From contig JAXLTW010000015.1 of the NCBI GenBank assembly GCA_046329865.1, positions 10,935-74,934 of the forward strand: a DNA stretch of 64,000 bases. The letters run 5' to 3'. This DNA comes from Chitinophagales bacterium (GTDB lineage Bacteria; Bacteroidota; Bacteroidia; Chitinophagales; JADIYW01). Shown piece after piece: positions 10,367 to 20,365 of the stretch (positions within the stretch are counted from its first letter, which is position 1; the number at the start of each line of letters is the position of its first letter). The notes under the pieces are model-generated. The model saw only the letters and a list, made by a program, of their open reading frames with translations. It did not search any database and was not told the origin of the DNA. The position numbers and the translations under genes are program-made.

Positions 10367-13300
10367 ATGTATAAAATATCAGTACCACTACATATACGTA
10401 TAAGGTTGCTCGCCACAATTTTATTGCTGGTATTAAATACTAATCTCTTTAGTCAGAATTGTTCCATCAATGCCGGGTTAAGTAATACCATCTGTCTGAA
10501 TGAATCGCTGACATTGAATGGTACCCGTTCTGGTCTATTTGCTCCTGCCGCTGTGGTCAACTGGTCGCAGGTTTCCGGTCCTTCGGTTATCATACATTCA
10601 CCAGATAAATTAATTACCAATGTCAGCGGATATATTGCCGGTAATTATGTGTTCCGCTTAAGTGTAAAATGCAGAGACGGATATATCGCTGAAGATTTTG
10701 TTACTATAACCGTTTTGCCGCTTACGCTTCCGGATGCCGGCCGTGATTCCGTGTTGTGCCCGAATGCCTCCACTACCTTATATGCTAATACGCCAGCTAA
10801 TCCTGGAGAAACCGGACGTTGGACTTATGTTGGTTCCAATGCAGCCGGTATAACTATTTTAGCCCCCAATAATCCAAGATCCCCTATAACCATTAATCCG
10901 AGTAATGCGGGAACATCTGTCTTGCGCTGGACGATTACTACAAGTAATGGCTGTTATTCCAGTGATGATGTATCCATTACTAATTACGGAGGAGTTGATC
11001 CTGTTTTTGCAGGCGATGACCAGGTTTTGGGAAATTGTTTTTCTACTTCCACCTGCGCTAATCTATTAGCTTCTAATGGTGGCAGAGGACTCGGCGGGCA
11101 AATAGGTGAATGGTCTTTTGTGTCAGGACCTTCCGTTCCGACTATTGTTCAACCTGCAAGTCCGGGAACAAGAGTCTGCAATTTAATTGAAGGAACCTAT
11201 GTATTCCGATACACAGTAACGGGGCCTTGTGTAACCGGAGCAGATGAAGTGTCTGTCGTAGTGCCGCCACCCGGCCAGATATCTACTGTTGCCAATTCGA
11301 ATTCTTTAGGTTCGGAAACAAAATATTGTGGTTTGGTAAATTCCTTTACTCTTAGAGGAAATCCTCCTTTGTATGCCGGTGAGACGGTACATTGGACACA
11401 AACATCGGGTTCGCCGCTTACAATCGCTACGCCGGATAATCCATCTACGGTGGTGAACGGGATTTCACAGTATGGCACTTATTGTTTCAATTATAAAATT
11501 CAAAATGCCAGTTCAGGATGTTCAAGTACTAATCTCGTCTGCTATTCATTTTTTGAACAGGGAACCGTCAATGGCGGGCCGGACCAGATTCTGCCATGTG
11601 ATGTCACCTCCACCGTTATTCCTACCACCACTACGGGAGCAGGTACGCTTAATTACAGAATTATCAGCGGTCCAGCGGGGGCATTTAGCAGTTATCCTAC
11701 CGGTTATGGTTTGTTTAATGATATTAACGGTTTAAACTTACCCGGAACATACCGAGTAGAAGTTAATTATTCATTTGGTGTGGGCTGTCCTGCTGTCAGC
11801 GATTATGTGGATGTCACCGTTTCCCGGACACCAACAGGAACGAATGCAGGCACCGATTTGTATTTTGCGTGTTCTTCCTCAACGGCGCAATTGGCTGGTA
11901 ATAATCCGACACTGACAGGATTGGGCACCGGAAGATGGAGTCAGGTAGTCGGCCCCACCACGGCTAGTATTACATCACCGATAAACTATATAACGGATGT
12001 CAAAGGGTTAATTCCGGGTGTGTATACATTCAGGTGGACGGTGAAAGGAGGGAATAACTGTCCTTCCAATTCGGATGATGTGAAGGTATTTATACCGGAT
12101 ACACTCATCACAAGCGCTAATCTAGGGCCGGATAAGGTTGTCTGTTCTAATTCACCTATTGTGTTGCAGGGAAATAGCCTGCACGCCGATGAAACTGCCC
12201 AATGGTCTGTGGAGCCAGGCGGAGTCACTTTTTCACCTTCTGTCAATACACCAACGCCAACCATTACAGGATTAACACCGGCGACCACGTATACGTTTGT
12301 TTATACCATCAATAATTCATGCGGCTCCGTATCAAGAGACACCATGAAAATTACCACCAGTGCATCATCAGGACCATCTGTGGCAAATGCAGGCGCTGAC
12401 CAATGCCTTCCTGCAGGTACCGCTAATATTCAGCTCAATGCCGTTCGACCAACTTCAGGATTGGGTAGCTGGACTCAGATAGGCGGTACGCCTGTAACTA
12501 TATCAGACCACACCAATAATTCAACTTCAGTAAGTGGTGTGGTGAATGGCACCTACACATTCTTGTGGACTGTATCTGTAGATGGTTGTAACAATACAAC
12601 AACGGATACTGTCGTTGTAACGGTTTCTGGTAATACAACCGCTGCCAATGCAGGCACAGATGCAACCATCTGTTCGACGGTATATACCCTGAATGGAAAT
12701 ACACCGGTGAACGGAAACGGAATATGGTCGCAGATTTCCGGCGATGGAGATGCTGTTATCACGCAGCCCGATAATCCGGCTTCCACCATTACCAATTTGT
12801 CTACAGGTATTTATATTTTCCGATGGACCATCAATAATGGAGTCTGCCCGTCAACCCATGATGAGCTTAAAATAACAGCCTCCTCACCGCCATCTGTGGC
12901 AAATGCAGGTGCAGACCAGGTGTTATGTGGCAGTACAGCAAATATGACCCAGTTAAACGCTACTGCACCTCTTATCGGAACAGGACAATGGGTGCAGGTA
13001 ACAGGCCCGAATATTGCCAGAATTACGAATAACACGTTAACGCAAACGACGGTAACCGGACTAACCAATGGCTCCTATACATTCCGATGGATAGTGGCGG
13101 GAGGACCGAGTTGTCCTCCATCTACGGATGACGTTGTCATAAATATCTCTATTCCAGCCAATGCCGGGGCTGATCAGAATCTGTGCAATTTATCTTCTGC
13201 TACTCTAAGAGGAAATACCGGAAGTGCAGGTGTCTGGTCACAAATTTCAGGGCCTGCAGCTACCATCAGTCAGTCGCCTGCAAATAATCCTATTGCCAGT

Positions 13301-15571
13301 GTTTCAGGTTTAATTCCCGGCTCATCTTATGTTTTTAGGTACACCATTCCGGCTTCGTTTGGATGCCCTGAGACATTTGACGAGATGGTTATCAATAACA
13401 GAACTTCTACTCAGATTCCGGATGCAGGAAACGATACTTCTTTTTGTAATTCCATAACTATTCCGCTAAATGGCAGCATACCTGCCGACGGGGAAACAGG
13501 AACCTGGTCTCTGTTATCCGGCCCTTCAGGTGTGCAATTTACACCCAATGCGAATACACCCAATGCCACAATGATAAATGCCGTTACAGGGGTATATACC
13601 CTGAAATGGACTGTTTCCAATGGTACCTGTTCCAGCAGTGATATTAAACGGATAGATAATTATGCACCACCAACAATATCGAATGCCGGTAGAGATCAAA
13701 CGGTATGTTTTGGTAAAACAGTATTGCAGGCGAATACACCATTAAATGGCATTGGAAAATGGGTTCAGGTTTCAGGTCCTAAGAACCTTACCATTGCTTC
13801 AGTCAATAACCCTGTCACTGAAGTAAGCGGATTAGATATGGATGGAACTTATCAGCTGGTTTGGACGATTATCAACGGCGCAGTATGTCCGGCCAGCAGG
13901 GATACTGTTCAATTAATCGTATCGGCTTTGTCGCCTACAGTCTCCAATGCAGGAGCAGACCAAAACTTGTGTCAACAGGATGCTGTAATGCTGTCTGCCA
14001 ATACCCCACTGGAAGGAACAGGTACATGGCTGCAAATAAGTGGTCCACAGGCAGACATTGCATCAGAACATGCTCCATATTCCACCGTTACCTCTTTAGT
14101 GACGGATACCTATAAATTTGTTTGGACAATAACGAATGCAGATGGATCCTGTGTTTCAAGAGACACGATCACTGTGATCAATAACCCTCAACCCAATATT
14201 GCGGATGCCGGACCGGACGAGAAATTTTGTGCCTTTGGAAGTGTCCATTTAGCGGCAAACCTTCCAATAACGGGAACAACCGGAAGATGGACACTGATTT
14301 CCGGTCCGAATACGCCAATCATCCTTTCACCCTCTGTGCCTAATTCACCGGTTACAGGAGTAATTCCGGGAGTGTATACATTTCGCTGGACGATATCAAG
14401 CCCGAGTTGTAGTCCGACATCCGATGAAGTGGTGTTTACCATTATCAATGCTGCGGATTTAGCCCGTTGCCGGTACAATCAGGATATATGTTCGTCTGTT
14501 GCCGCATTGCATGCCAATACACCTTCTGGTTCCAATCAGGGAATATGGGAGCAAATATCCGGACCGAATAATGCATTGTTTTCTTTGATAAATTCGCCGG
14601 AATCCCAGTTGTCCGGTTTGATTCCAGGGATATATAAATTGGTATGGAAAATTTACAATGAAAAATGTTTCACCACTGATACATTGATTATAACCGTCCA
14701 ACCACCGGGAATAGTGGATGCCGGAGCTGATGTTGCTGTTTGCAATAAGATGTCCGAATATCGCTTAAGCGCTTCCTCATTCGGAGGCTCATCGACATCT
14801 GCAGTGTGGACGATAATTTCCGGTAATGGTTCCTTAAGTAATACATTGCCTACAACAGCACCCTATCTTGTCTCTTTCTTTCCTGATACAAGTTATACAG
14901 GTCCAGTGGTTTTAAGATTGACGGCTAATGATGGTTGTTCATCAGCCGTTTCAGATGATGTGACCTTAAACATGGTACCGTCTGTCACCACTCCATTGTA
15001 TGCTGCAAACGATGTTATACAACTGCATTCGGTGGCAGGTATAATCATTCCTGTGCTGGATAACGACATAGGCCTGAATGCAGACTCTATAAAACTTTGT
15101 AATGAACAGGCTATCGTCGTATATCCGACAAATGGAACTGTTGTTGTGCAGAATGATGGCAGTATACATTATAGCCCTAACGGTTTTATTAAATTGGATA
15201 GTTTTAGGTATCAGGTTTGTTTCGCAGGGTTTTCTGACAGTATCATTGCGAATGGTTGCCCGAATGAAAGTACAGCGATCGCCTGGGTGTTTATAAAAAT
15301 GGATGAATGTTTGGTGCCGAATACAATTACACCCAACGGAGATGGAATCAATGACTATTTTGTAATGCCCTGTACGCAGAATAAGATGGAGTTCGTTGTA
15401 TTCAATTCCTGGGGAGAGGAGTTATACAGCAGCGAGGATTACCAGAATAACTGGGATGGAAATTACAACGGCGCACCGTTGCCTTCCGGCACTTATTTCT
15501 ATTCGCTCCGCTACAAAAATGACGATGAATTAGAAGTCAATAAGGCAGGATTTATTTCACTTCGACGATAA
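10367..15571 (+). CDS. Giant repeat adhesin with T9SS type B (gliding-motility-associated) C-terminal sorting domain
   Basis: 1734 aa with a signal peptide. The C-terminus VPNTITPNGDGINDYFVMP...FNSWGEELYSSEDYQNNWDGNYNGAPLPSGTYFYSL...KAGFISLRR matches the CHU_C / type B sorting-domain signature. Confidence 0.85.
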   Translation: MYKISVPLHIRIRLLATILLLVLNTNLFSQNCSINAGLSNTICLNESLTLNGTRSGLFAPAAVVNWSQVSGPSVIIHSPDKLITNVSGYIAGNYVFRLSVKCRDGYIAEDFVTITVLPLTLPDAGRDSVLCPNASTTLYANTPANPGETGRWTYVGSNAAGITILAPNNPRSPITINPSNAGTSVLRWTITTSNGCYSSDDVSITNYGGVDPVFAGDDQVLGNCFSTSTCANLLASNGGRGLGGQIGEWSFVSGPSVPTIVQPASPGTRVCNLIEGTYVFRYTVTGPCVTGADEVSVVVPPPGQISTVANSNSLGSETKYCGLVNSFTLRGNPPLYAGETVHWTQTSGSPLTIATPDNPSTVVNGISQYGTYCFNYKIQNASSGCSSTNLVCYSFFEQGTVNGGPDQILPCDVTSTVIPTTTTGAGTLNYRIISGPAGAFSSYPTGYGLFNDINGLNLPGTYRVEVNYSFGVGCPAVSDYVDVTVSRTPTGTNAGTDLYFACSSSTAQLAGNNPTLTGLGTGRWSQVVGPTTASITSPINYITDVKGLIPGVYTFRWTVKGGNNCPSNSDDVKVFIPDTLITSANLGPDKVVCSNSPIVLQGNSLHADETAQWSVEPGGVTFSPSVNTPTPTITGLTPATTYTFVYTINNSCGSVSRDTMKITTSASSGPSVANAGADQCLPAGTANIQLNAVRPTSGLGSWTQIGGTPVTISDHTNNSTSVSGVVNGTYTFLWTVSVDGCNNTTTDTVVVTVSGNTTAANAGTDATICSTVYTLNGNTPVNGNGIWSQISGDGDAVITQPDNPASTITNLSTGIYIFRWTINNGVCPSTHDELKITASSPPSVANAGADQVLCGSTANMTQLNATAPLIGTGQWVQVTGPNIARITNNTLTQTTVTGLTNGSYTFRWIVAGGPSCPPSTDDVVINISIPANAGADQNLCNLSSATLRGNTGSAGVWSQISGPAATISQSPANNPIASVSGLIPGSSYVFRYTIPASFGCPETFDEMVINNRTSTQIPDAGNDTSFCNSITIPLNGSIPADGETGTWSLLSGPSGVQFTPNANTPNATMINAVTGVYTLKWTVSNGTCSSSDIKRIDNYAPPTISNAGRDQTVCFGKTVLQANTPLNGIGKWVQVSGPKNLTIASVNNPVTEVSGLDMDGTYQLVWTIINGAVCPASRDTVQLIVSALSPTVSNAGADQNLCQQDAVMLSANTPLEGTGTWLQISGPQADIASEHAPYSTVTSLVTDTYKFVWTITNADGSCVSRDTITVINNPQPNIADAGPDEKFCAFGSVHLAANLPITGTTGRWTLISGPNTPIILSPSVPNSPVTGVIPGVYTFRWTISSPSCSPTSDEVVFTIINAADLARCRYNQDICSSVAALHANTPSGSNQGIWEQISGPNNALFSLINSPESQLSGLIPGIYKLVWKIYNEKCFTTDTLIITVQPPGIVDAGADVAVCNKMSEYRLSASSFGGSSTSAVWTIISGNGSLSNTLPTTAPYLVSFFPDTSYTGPVVLRLTANDGCSSAVSDDVTLNMVPSVTTPLYAANDVIQLHSVAGIIIPVLDNDIGLNADSIKLCNEQAIVVYPTNGTVVVQNDGSIHYSPNGFIKLDSFRYQVCFAGFSDSIIANGCPNESTAIAWVFIKMDECLVPNTITPNGDGINDYFVMPCTQNKMEFVVFNSWGEELYSSEDYQNNWDGNYNGAPLPSGTYFYSLRYKNDDELEVNKAGFISLRR
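10460..14960 (+). repeat. About 16-17 tandem ~75-85-aa Ig/PKD-like coding repeats inside the adhesin
   Basis: Recurrent pattern AN-AG-x-DQ-x-x-C ... L-x-(G/A)N-x-P ... G-x-W-x-Q-(I/V)-SGP ... GL-x-x-G-x-Y-x-F-R/V-W-T-(I/V) ... C ... D. Examples: ANAGADQCLP, ANAGADQVLC, ANAGADQNLC, SNAGRDQTVC, ADAGPDEKFC. Confidence 0.7.
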
Positions 15572-15817
15572 GGAATGTGTGAGAAATTAAATTGCATACG
15601 TTTCGACGTTGAAATCGTTGTATTTTTTCAGGACACCATTTAACCAAATATTTGTAACAGCATTTTTTTTAATTTTTTTTAACTTTAATTTGCATTTATT
15701 GAAATAATATTTTAATATTGCAATGAACTAAACTGAATAATAGAGCAAATAATATTTAAATCATTTATTCTGAATGAATTAAATATTTAGGTTTTATTTA
15801 CAATCTAACTATTAAAT

Positions 15818-17517
15818 ATGTTTAGTTCATCAGCAAAAAAATATCTTTCCTTTTCTTGTTTTTATAGTAGTAAAATAATTATTACACTTATAGTATTAAT
15901 TATTTCAGTATGCTTTAATTATTGCTCCTTTGCTCAATCAGTTAACGTAATTTCCAAGCAATCCTATCGCTGGTATTTTGGCAATCGGGCCGGATTGAAT
16001 TTTACAACGACCCCACCTTCCGTATTGTATGATGGTGCTTTGTTTTCAAATGAAGTTTGTGCATCAATTTCAGATAAAAATTCCGGAAGATTATTGTTTT
16101 ACACCAACGGTAATAGTGTTTGGGATTCGAGTCACCAGGTTATGCCAAATGGTTCTAATCTAATGGGACGACTGGATAGTGAACAGGGTGTAATTGTTCC
16201 GTTTCCTGGTCATTCGAATCAATACTACATTGTTTCAACCACCTATATCAATGGAATGTACTATTCAATTGTAGATATGAGTTTGAATGCCGGAAAAGGG
16301 GATGTTGTAGTTGATAAAAAGAACATTAAGCTGTTAAATCCAGGCATTGCTAGTGATAAAGTTACATATACCCATCATGCAAACAAGCGGGACTTCTGGA
16401 TAATTGCAAAAGAAAGTTATTCAAATGTCTTTTACGTGTATTTATTGGATATAAATGGTTTACAAATAGTAGATACTATTTCCATTGACTTCTGATTTTT
16501 CATTTCCACAATATGGCGGAGTATTATAAAGTTTAATGAAACAGTAATCTGTTGATTAATTGTCAGGCTCATCATAATGATCCGCTTACTAAAAGCAGAT
16601 TTCAATGTTTTGGGTTTAATACGACTACCGGAAAAATTACACATGTTCAATTTACAGTTGATAGCATTTCTTATCCTTATGGCGCAGAATTCTCTACCGA
16701 TAATAAACGATTGTATATTTCAAGTCCATTTTCAAAAAAAATTACACAGTATGATCTGACGGCTGTCAATGTGAAAAATAGCGCTATTGATATTTTTATT
16801 TCTAATACAATAATACCAGGACAGTTGCAAATGGGACCAGATAATAAAATATACATTCCGTATAATAATGGTAGTTATTATGGCTCATACAGATATTTGG
16901 GAATAATAAATTACCCGAATAGTACAGGGAATTTGTGTGGTTTTGTTAAAGATGCAATAGATCTGTATCCAAATGGCTCTTTTTTAGGTTTGCCCCAATG
17001 TATTTATGAAGCTTTGCCTACCGCTACTGTCGGATGTGCAACCATTGATACATTTAACTGTAAAAGTCTAACATTTGTATTGGACAGTGCTAGGTTTTGT
17101 GTTCCTGTGATATTGTCCGCTGATTCAGCTTCTCTTTCAAATAATGGATACCATTTTTGTATGAGCTATGATACAAATTTTGTTAGACCAACTGGTATTT
17201 ATAATCATCCTACAGGTGATACCAACTATATAGTCAGTATAGATAGTATTGTCAATGGCAAATTATGCATAACCTTAAAATATATTCAGCATGTAATTAT
17301 GACAGCTGATCACAAGATAAATTTAGGATGCTTTGAGTTTGTACTGAATAACGCACCATTCACCTATAATGCATCAACTGAAAAGGAATTCGATTATTTA
17401 AGTTTCAGCATAATAGATGGCTGTAATACAAATATCCAGACCATACGCGCATGGTTAACGGAAGTTAATTCATTTTGGTCAACGGAGGATGGTTATTACT
17501 GGAAACTAGAAGATTAG
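15818..17517 (+). pseudogene. Secreted beta-propeller-like protein with cohesin-like C-terminal domain, interrupted around 16495-16552
   Basis: The N-terminal YRWYFGNRAGLNFTT...LLFYTNGNSVWD motif is typical of N-terminal domains of Bacteroidota gliding/T9SS-associated surface proteins. The reading frame continues in two other frames (FISTIWRSIIKFNETVIC, then INCQAHHNDPL...FGFNTTTGKI). The C-terminal FCMSYDTNFVRPTG is cohesin-like. Confidence 0.5.
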
Positions 17518-17546
17518 AACAAAAATTAAAATATAAAATTAGATAT

Positions 17547-20339
17547 ATGCATTCAATTACTTCACTTTTCAAGTCGGTATTAATAGGGTTATTGTTAATA
17601 ATACAACTATCCGCAAATGCACAATTATTGCAAGGTAGACGTCCAACTGAATTCCCTGATTTACCTCAGCTGACAGATAGCACCTTGTTATTTACACAGG
17701 ATTCGATAACTCATGAAAGTTATAAATTTAAAGTTGACCGATTAAGAGAGTTTTTGTTTTCTGGTGGTATATGTTTGGATTCATCGTTCAGAAATCTAAA
17801 TAGTCAATGCATTTTTCCTTCAATGCAAACAAAGTCGGGAGGAAATGTTTTTTACGGAAATATGTTTAATCAACTTGTGGGTGATACGAGCGGTCAATTC
17901 TATTTTTGTAATGCAATCTCTTCTTTCTCCAGTTTCTCTTCACATGTTCAGTATATTGATAGTTCGGTGTTTATATTTGACACCTCATTTCAAAGTTGTA
18001 ATTCTAATTTTGATAATGATAGTAAAGGTTATGAGTATTCTCAGTCATTTCCTACCAATATTCAGTTGTGTCCCGGCGATATAATTGATAAAATTGTTGT
18101 CCGTGTTCATTTTAATCAATTCTATAGTTATAATGGTGGTGCAGCATTGACTTTGTCTGTAAATGGAATACTCAGTAATCCGAGCAACAGGGATGATTTT
18201 GATAATAATTCACCGGATAAAATGAAGCTGGTTGGATCCTATGGTAATGGTTACTATTCAAGCAACGAGTTTGTGGATGATGCAGACAGGACTTCTGTAA
18301 GTAATGTTACGGCTACTTTTTTATGGACCGACAATATCGCATTTCAGATTGATGGCATGGAGGTAGAATATTATATAAAGAAAACGCAGATAGTGCTTAC
18401 GACAGATTCTAATGGCTGTGTGGTTTTAGATACAATAAATATTCCTGAGCCAGAACCATTTAATTTGAATGCCGGTAACGGACTAACGGTTTCTAATTCA
18501 AATATAGTAAAACTGGGTGGGGAATTATCTGAGAATACTCATGTTTCAGGGAATCAGTATGAAATAGCATTAAATAATTTATCCGGATTTTATGTGAATA
18601 CTAATCAATACATGAATCTCGATGCTGCTAATATGCATTTAAATGCTTCGAATAGTATTAATATTCAGTCGCAGGAGCAGGTGAATATTTCATCTGCTAA
18701 TAATTCAATAAATATTACTAATGCTTACGGTAATAATGCACAAGGAATAAATATGTCCACAATGGGACCCATTAGTATTACTAATGCAATAGGGAATAAC
18801 ACGCAAGGAATAAATCTTAATTCTACCGGAGATATTACTATAGCCAATAATTATGGAAACCAAGGATATCTAAAAATAAATCCGGGTAAAGATAATGGAT
18901 ATCCTCCCGCTTATTTTCTTGCTAAGGATACAGCAGGGAATAGCAATTGGAGAGATTTATCAACATTGGGTGCCGTTGGTTCTGCAGTATACACACAAAA
19001 TGGACTTTCCGGAAATGGTACTATAATTACACCTGTTAAAATGGGTGGAATGCTAAATGAGAACACAATTATTGACCAAAACGGCTATGATTTTGGATTT
19101 AAAAGCGGTCAGGTGGGTTTGGGTGTGTTACAAAATATTGATAGTAGTGGCATAGGTGCAGTTATTGGAAAAGTCGAAGGAGATACAGTAAGCGGAGGTC
19201 TGTTTAAAAATGATATTTCTATGATTGTACACAAAAAAAAAAATATTAACAATAACGGTTGGACTAATGGACTATTTGTCAGTAAGCAAGGAGTCGCGTT
19301 GGTAAACAACAATAATCAGTTATCAAACAGTATTACAATGTATAATAATAAGTTAGCATTTAATGGATTGTTAAAGGACAGTACTGCCCAACAAGTTCTG
19401 GCAAAGGATGCCAGTGGTTATGCCGTATGGCGCGATGTCAGCACTATCGGGTCAATTGACTCTACTATTACTGTCAATGGGATATCTGGAAACGGAACTG
19501 CGGCAAATCCAGTTAAACTGGGTGGGTTATTAACTGAAAATACTACCATAGATGGCAATAACCAGATTTTTACCATTACAAAAAACAAACGATTCTACAT
19601 TAACCAAAGCAATGTTACAAACAGTCAGATTGATCAGTTTTCTATTCGCATGGCCAAATCAAATATCTTCAGCGAGGTGGATAATGATACTACTAATGGC
19701 CTGCAAATTATAGGTAAGGCAAACGGCTCTGTGATAAATACAATAGGGGTTTCACTTTATGGGGAAAATAACGGAAATGCGACATTGAGCGGCGGCACAT
19801 CCATTGCCGGAAGACACACGGGGTCGGGAATCAATACTATTGGTACAAAAATTTTAGGTGAAAATGTAAAAGGGTTTGGAGTTTGGATAGAAGGCAAAAC
19901 TCAGGATGCGACAAATTCGTACTCCGATATTTATATACGACCTGTAAATGGTAAGATGATTATCAATAACCTTAATACGGATAATGCCGCACCACAGGTA
20001 TTGGCTAAAGATGCCAATGGGTTTTCAGTCTGGCGAGATGCCAGCAGTTTAAATTCTGTCAATGGCATATTAAATATTAATAACACGAATGCTGCTGTAA
20101 CAGTAGACAATAAGTTTTATTATGTAACTTCTACTGCAACATATACGCTGACATTATCTACTGTGGGTATTCCTGTGGGAACTGTAGTACATATTCTAAA
20201 TTATGGTACAAAATCACTGACGTTATCACCTGGATATAAAAATTCAAGCAGTGCCACTCTTATCACATCTTTGGTAAATACCGCCGGATCCAATACACTT
20301 CAATTACTTTGGAACGGTACAAATTGGCTAAAATTATAA
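17547..20339 (+). CDS. Secreted repeat protein, tail-fibre-like modules (unknown family)
   Basis: ATG 17547 gives the signal peptide MHSITSLFKSVLIGLLLIIQLSANAQ; the ORF-track start at 17475 is an upstream extension. Three modules each carry V-K-(L/M)-GG-x-L-x-EN-T and later (V/F)-LAKD-(A/T)-x-G-x-x-x-WRD-x-S. Confidence 0.7.
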   Translation: MHSITSLFKSVLIGLLLIIQLSANAQLLQGRRPTEFPDLPQLTDSTLLFTQDSITHESYKFKVDRLREFLFSGGICLDSSFRNLNSQCIFPSMQTKSGGNVFYGNMFNQLVGDTSGQFYFCNAISSFSSFSSHVQYIDSSVFIFDTSFQSCNSNFDNDSKGYEYSQSFPTNIQLCPGDIIDKIVVRVHFNQFYSYNGGAALTLSVNGILSNPSNRDDFDNNSPDKMKLVGSYGNGYYSSNEFVDDADRTSVSNVTATFLWTDNIAFQIDGMEVEYYIKKTQIVLTTDSNGCVVLDTINIPEPEPFNLNAGNGLTVSNSNIVKLGGELSENTHVSGNQYEIALNNLSGFYVNTNQYMNLDAANMHLNASNSINIQSQEQVNISSANNSINITNAYGNNAQGINMSTMGPISITNAIGNNTQGINLNSTGDITIANNYGNQGYLKINPGKDNGYPPAYFLAKDTAGNSNWRDLSTLGAVGSAVYTQNGLSGNGTIITPVKMGGMLNENTIIDQNGYDFGFKSGQVGLGVLQNIDSSGIGAVIGKVEGDTVSGGLFKNDISMIVHKKKNINNNGWTNGLFVSKQGVALVNNNNQLSNSITMYNNKLAFNGLLKDSTAQQVLAKDASGYAVWRDVSTIGSIDSTITVNGISGNGTAANPVKLGGLLTENTTIDGNNQIFTITKNKRFYINQSNVTNSQIDQFSIRMAKSNIFSEVDNDTTNGLQIIGKANGSVINTIGVSLYGENNGNATLSGGTSIAGRHTGSGINTIGTKILGENVKGFGVWIEGKTQDATNSYSDIYIRPVNGKMIINNLNTDNAAPQVLAKDANGFSVWRDASSLNSVNGILNINNTNAAVTVDNKFYYVTSTATYTLTLSTVGIPVGTVVHILNYGTKSLTLSPGYKNSSSATLITSLVNTAGSNTLQLLWNGTNWLKL

Positions 20340-20365
20340 ACACTTATGAAACGATACAAATGTGA

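Noticed and set aside
15572-15817. Short palindromes and AT-tracts in the 246-bp intergenic region as an operator or terminator
   Set aside because: Only 5-6-bp stems without convincing loops or T-runs, and no exact TAnnTTTG box. The composition alone (very AT-rich) produces such matches.
17475-17546. ORF-track N-terminal extensions (17475 for the fibre-like gene, 28911 for the 536-aa gene, 53299 for GT9, 52909 for the OM channel, 1209 for the FN3 protein)
   Set aside because: In each case an internal ATG gives a proper signal peptide or conserved N-terminus, and the extension overlaps the upstream gene or a promoter box.
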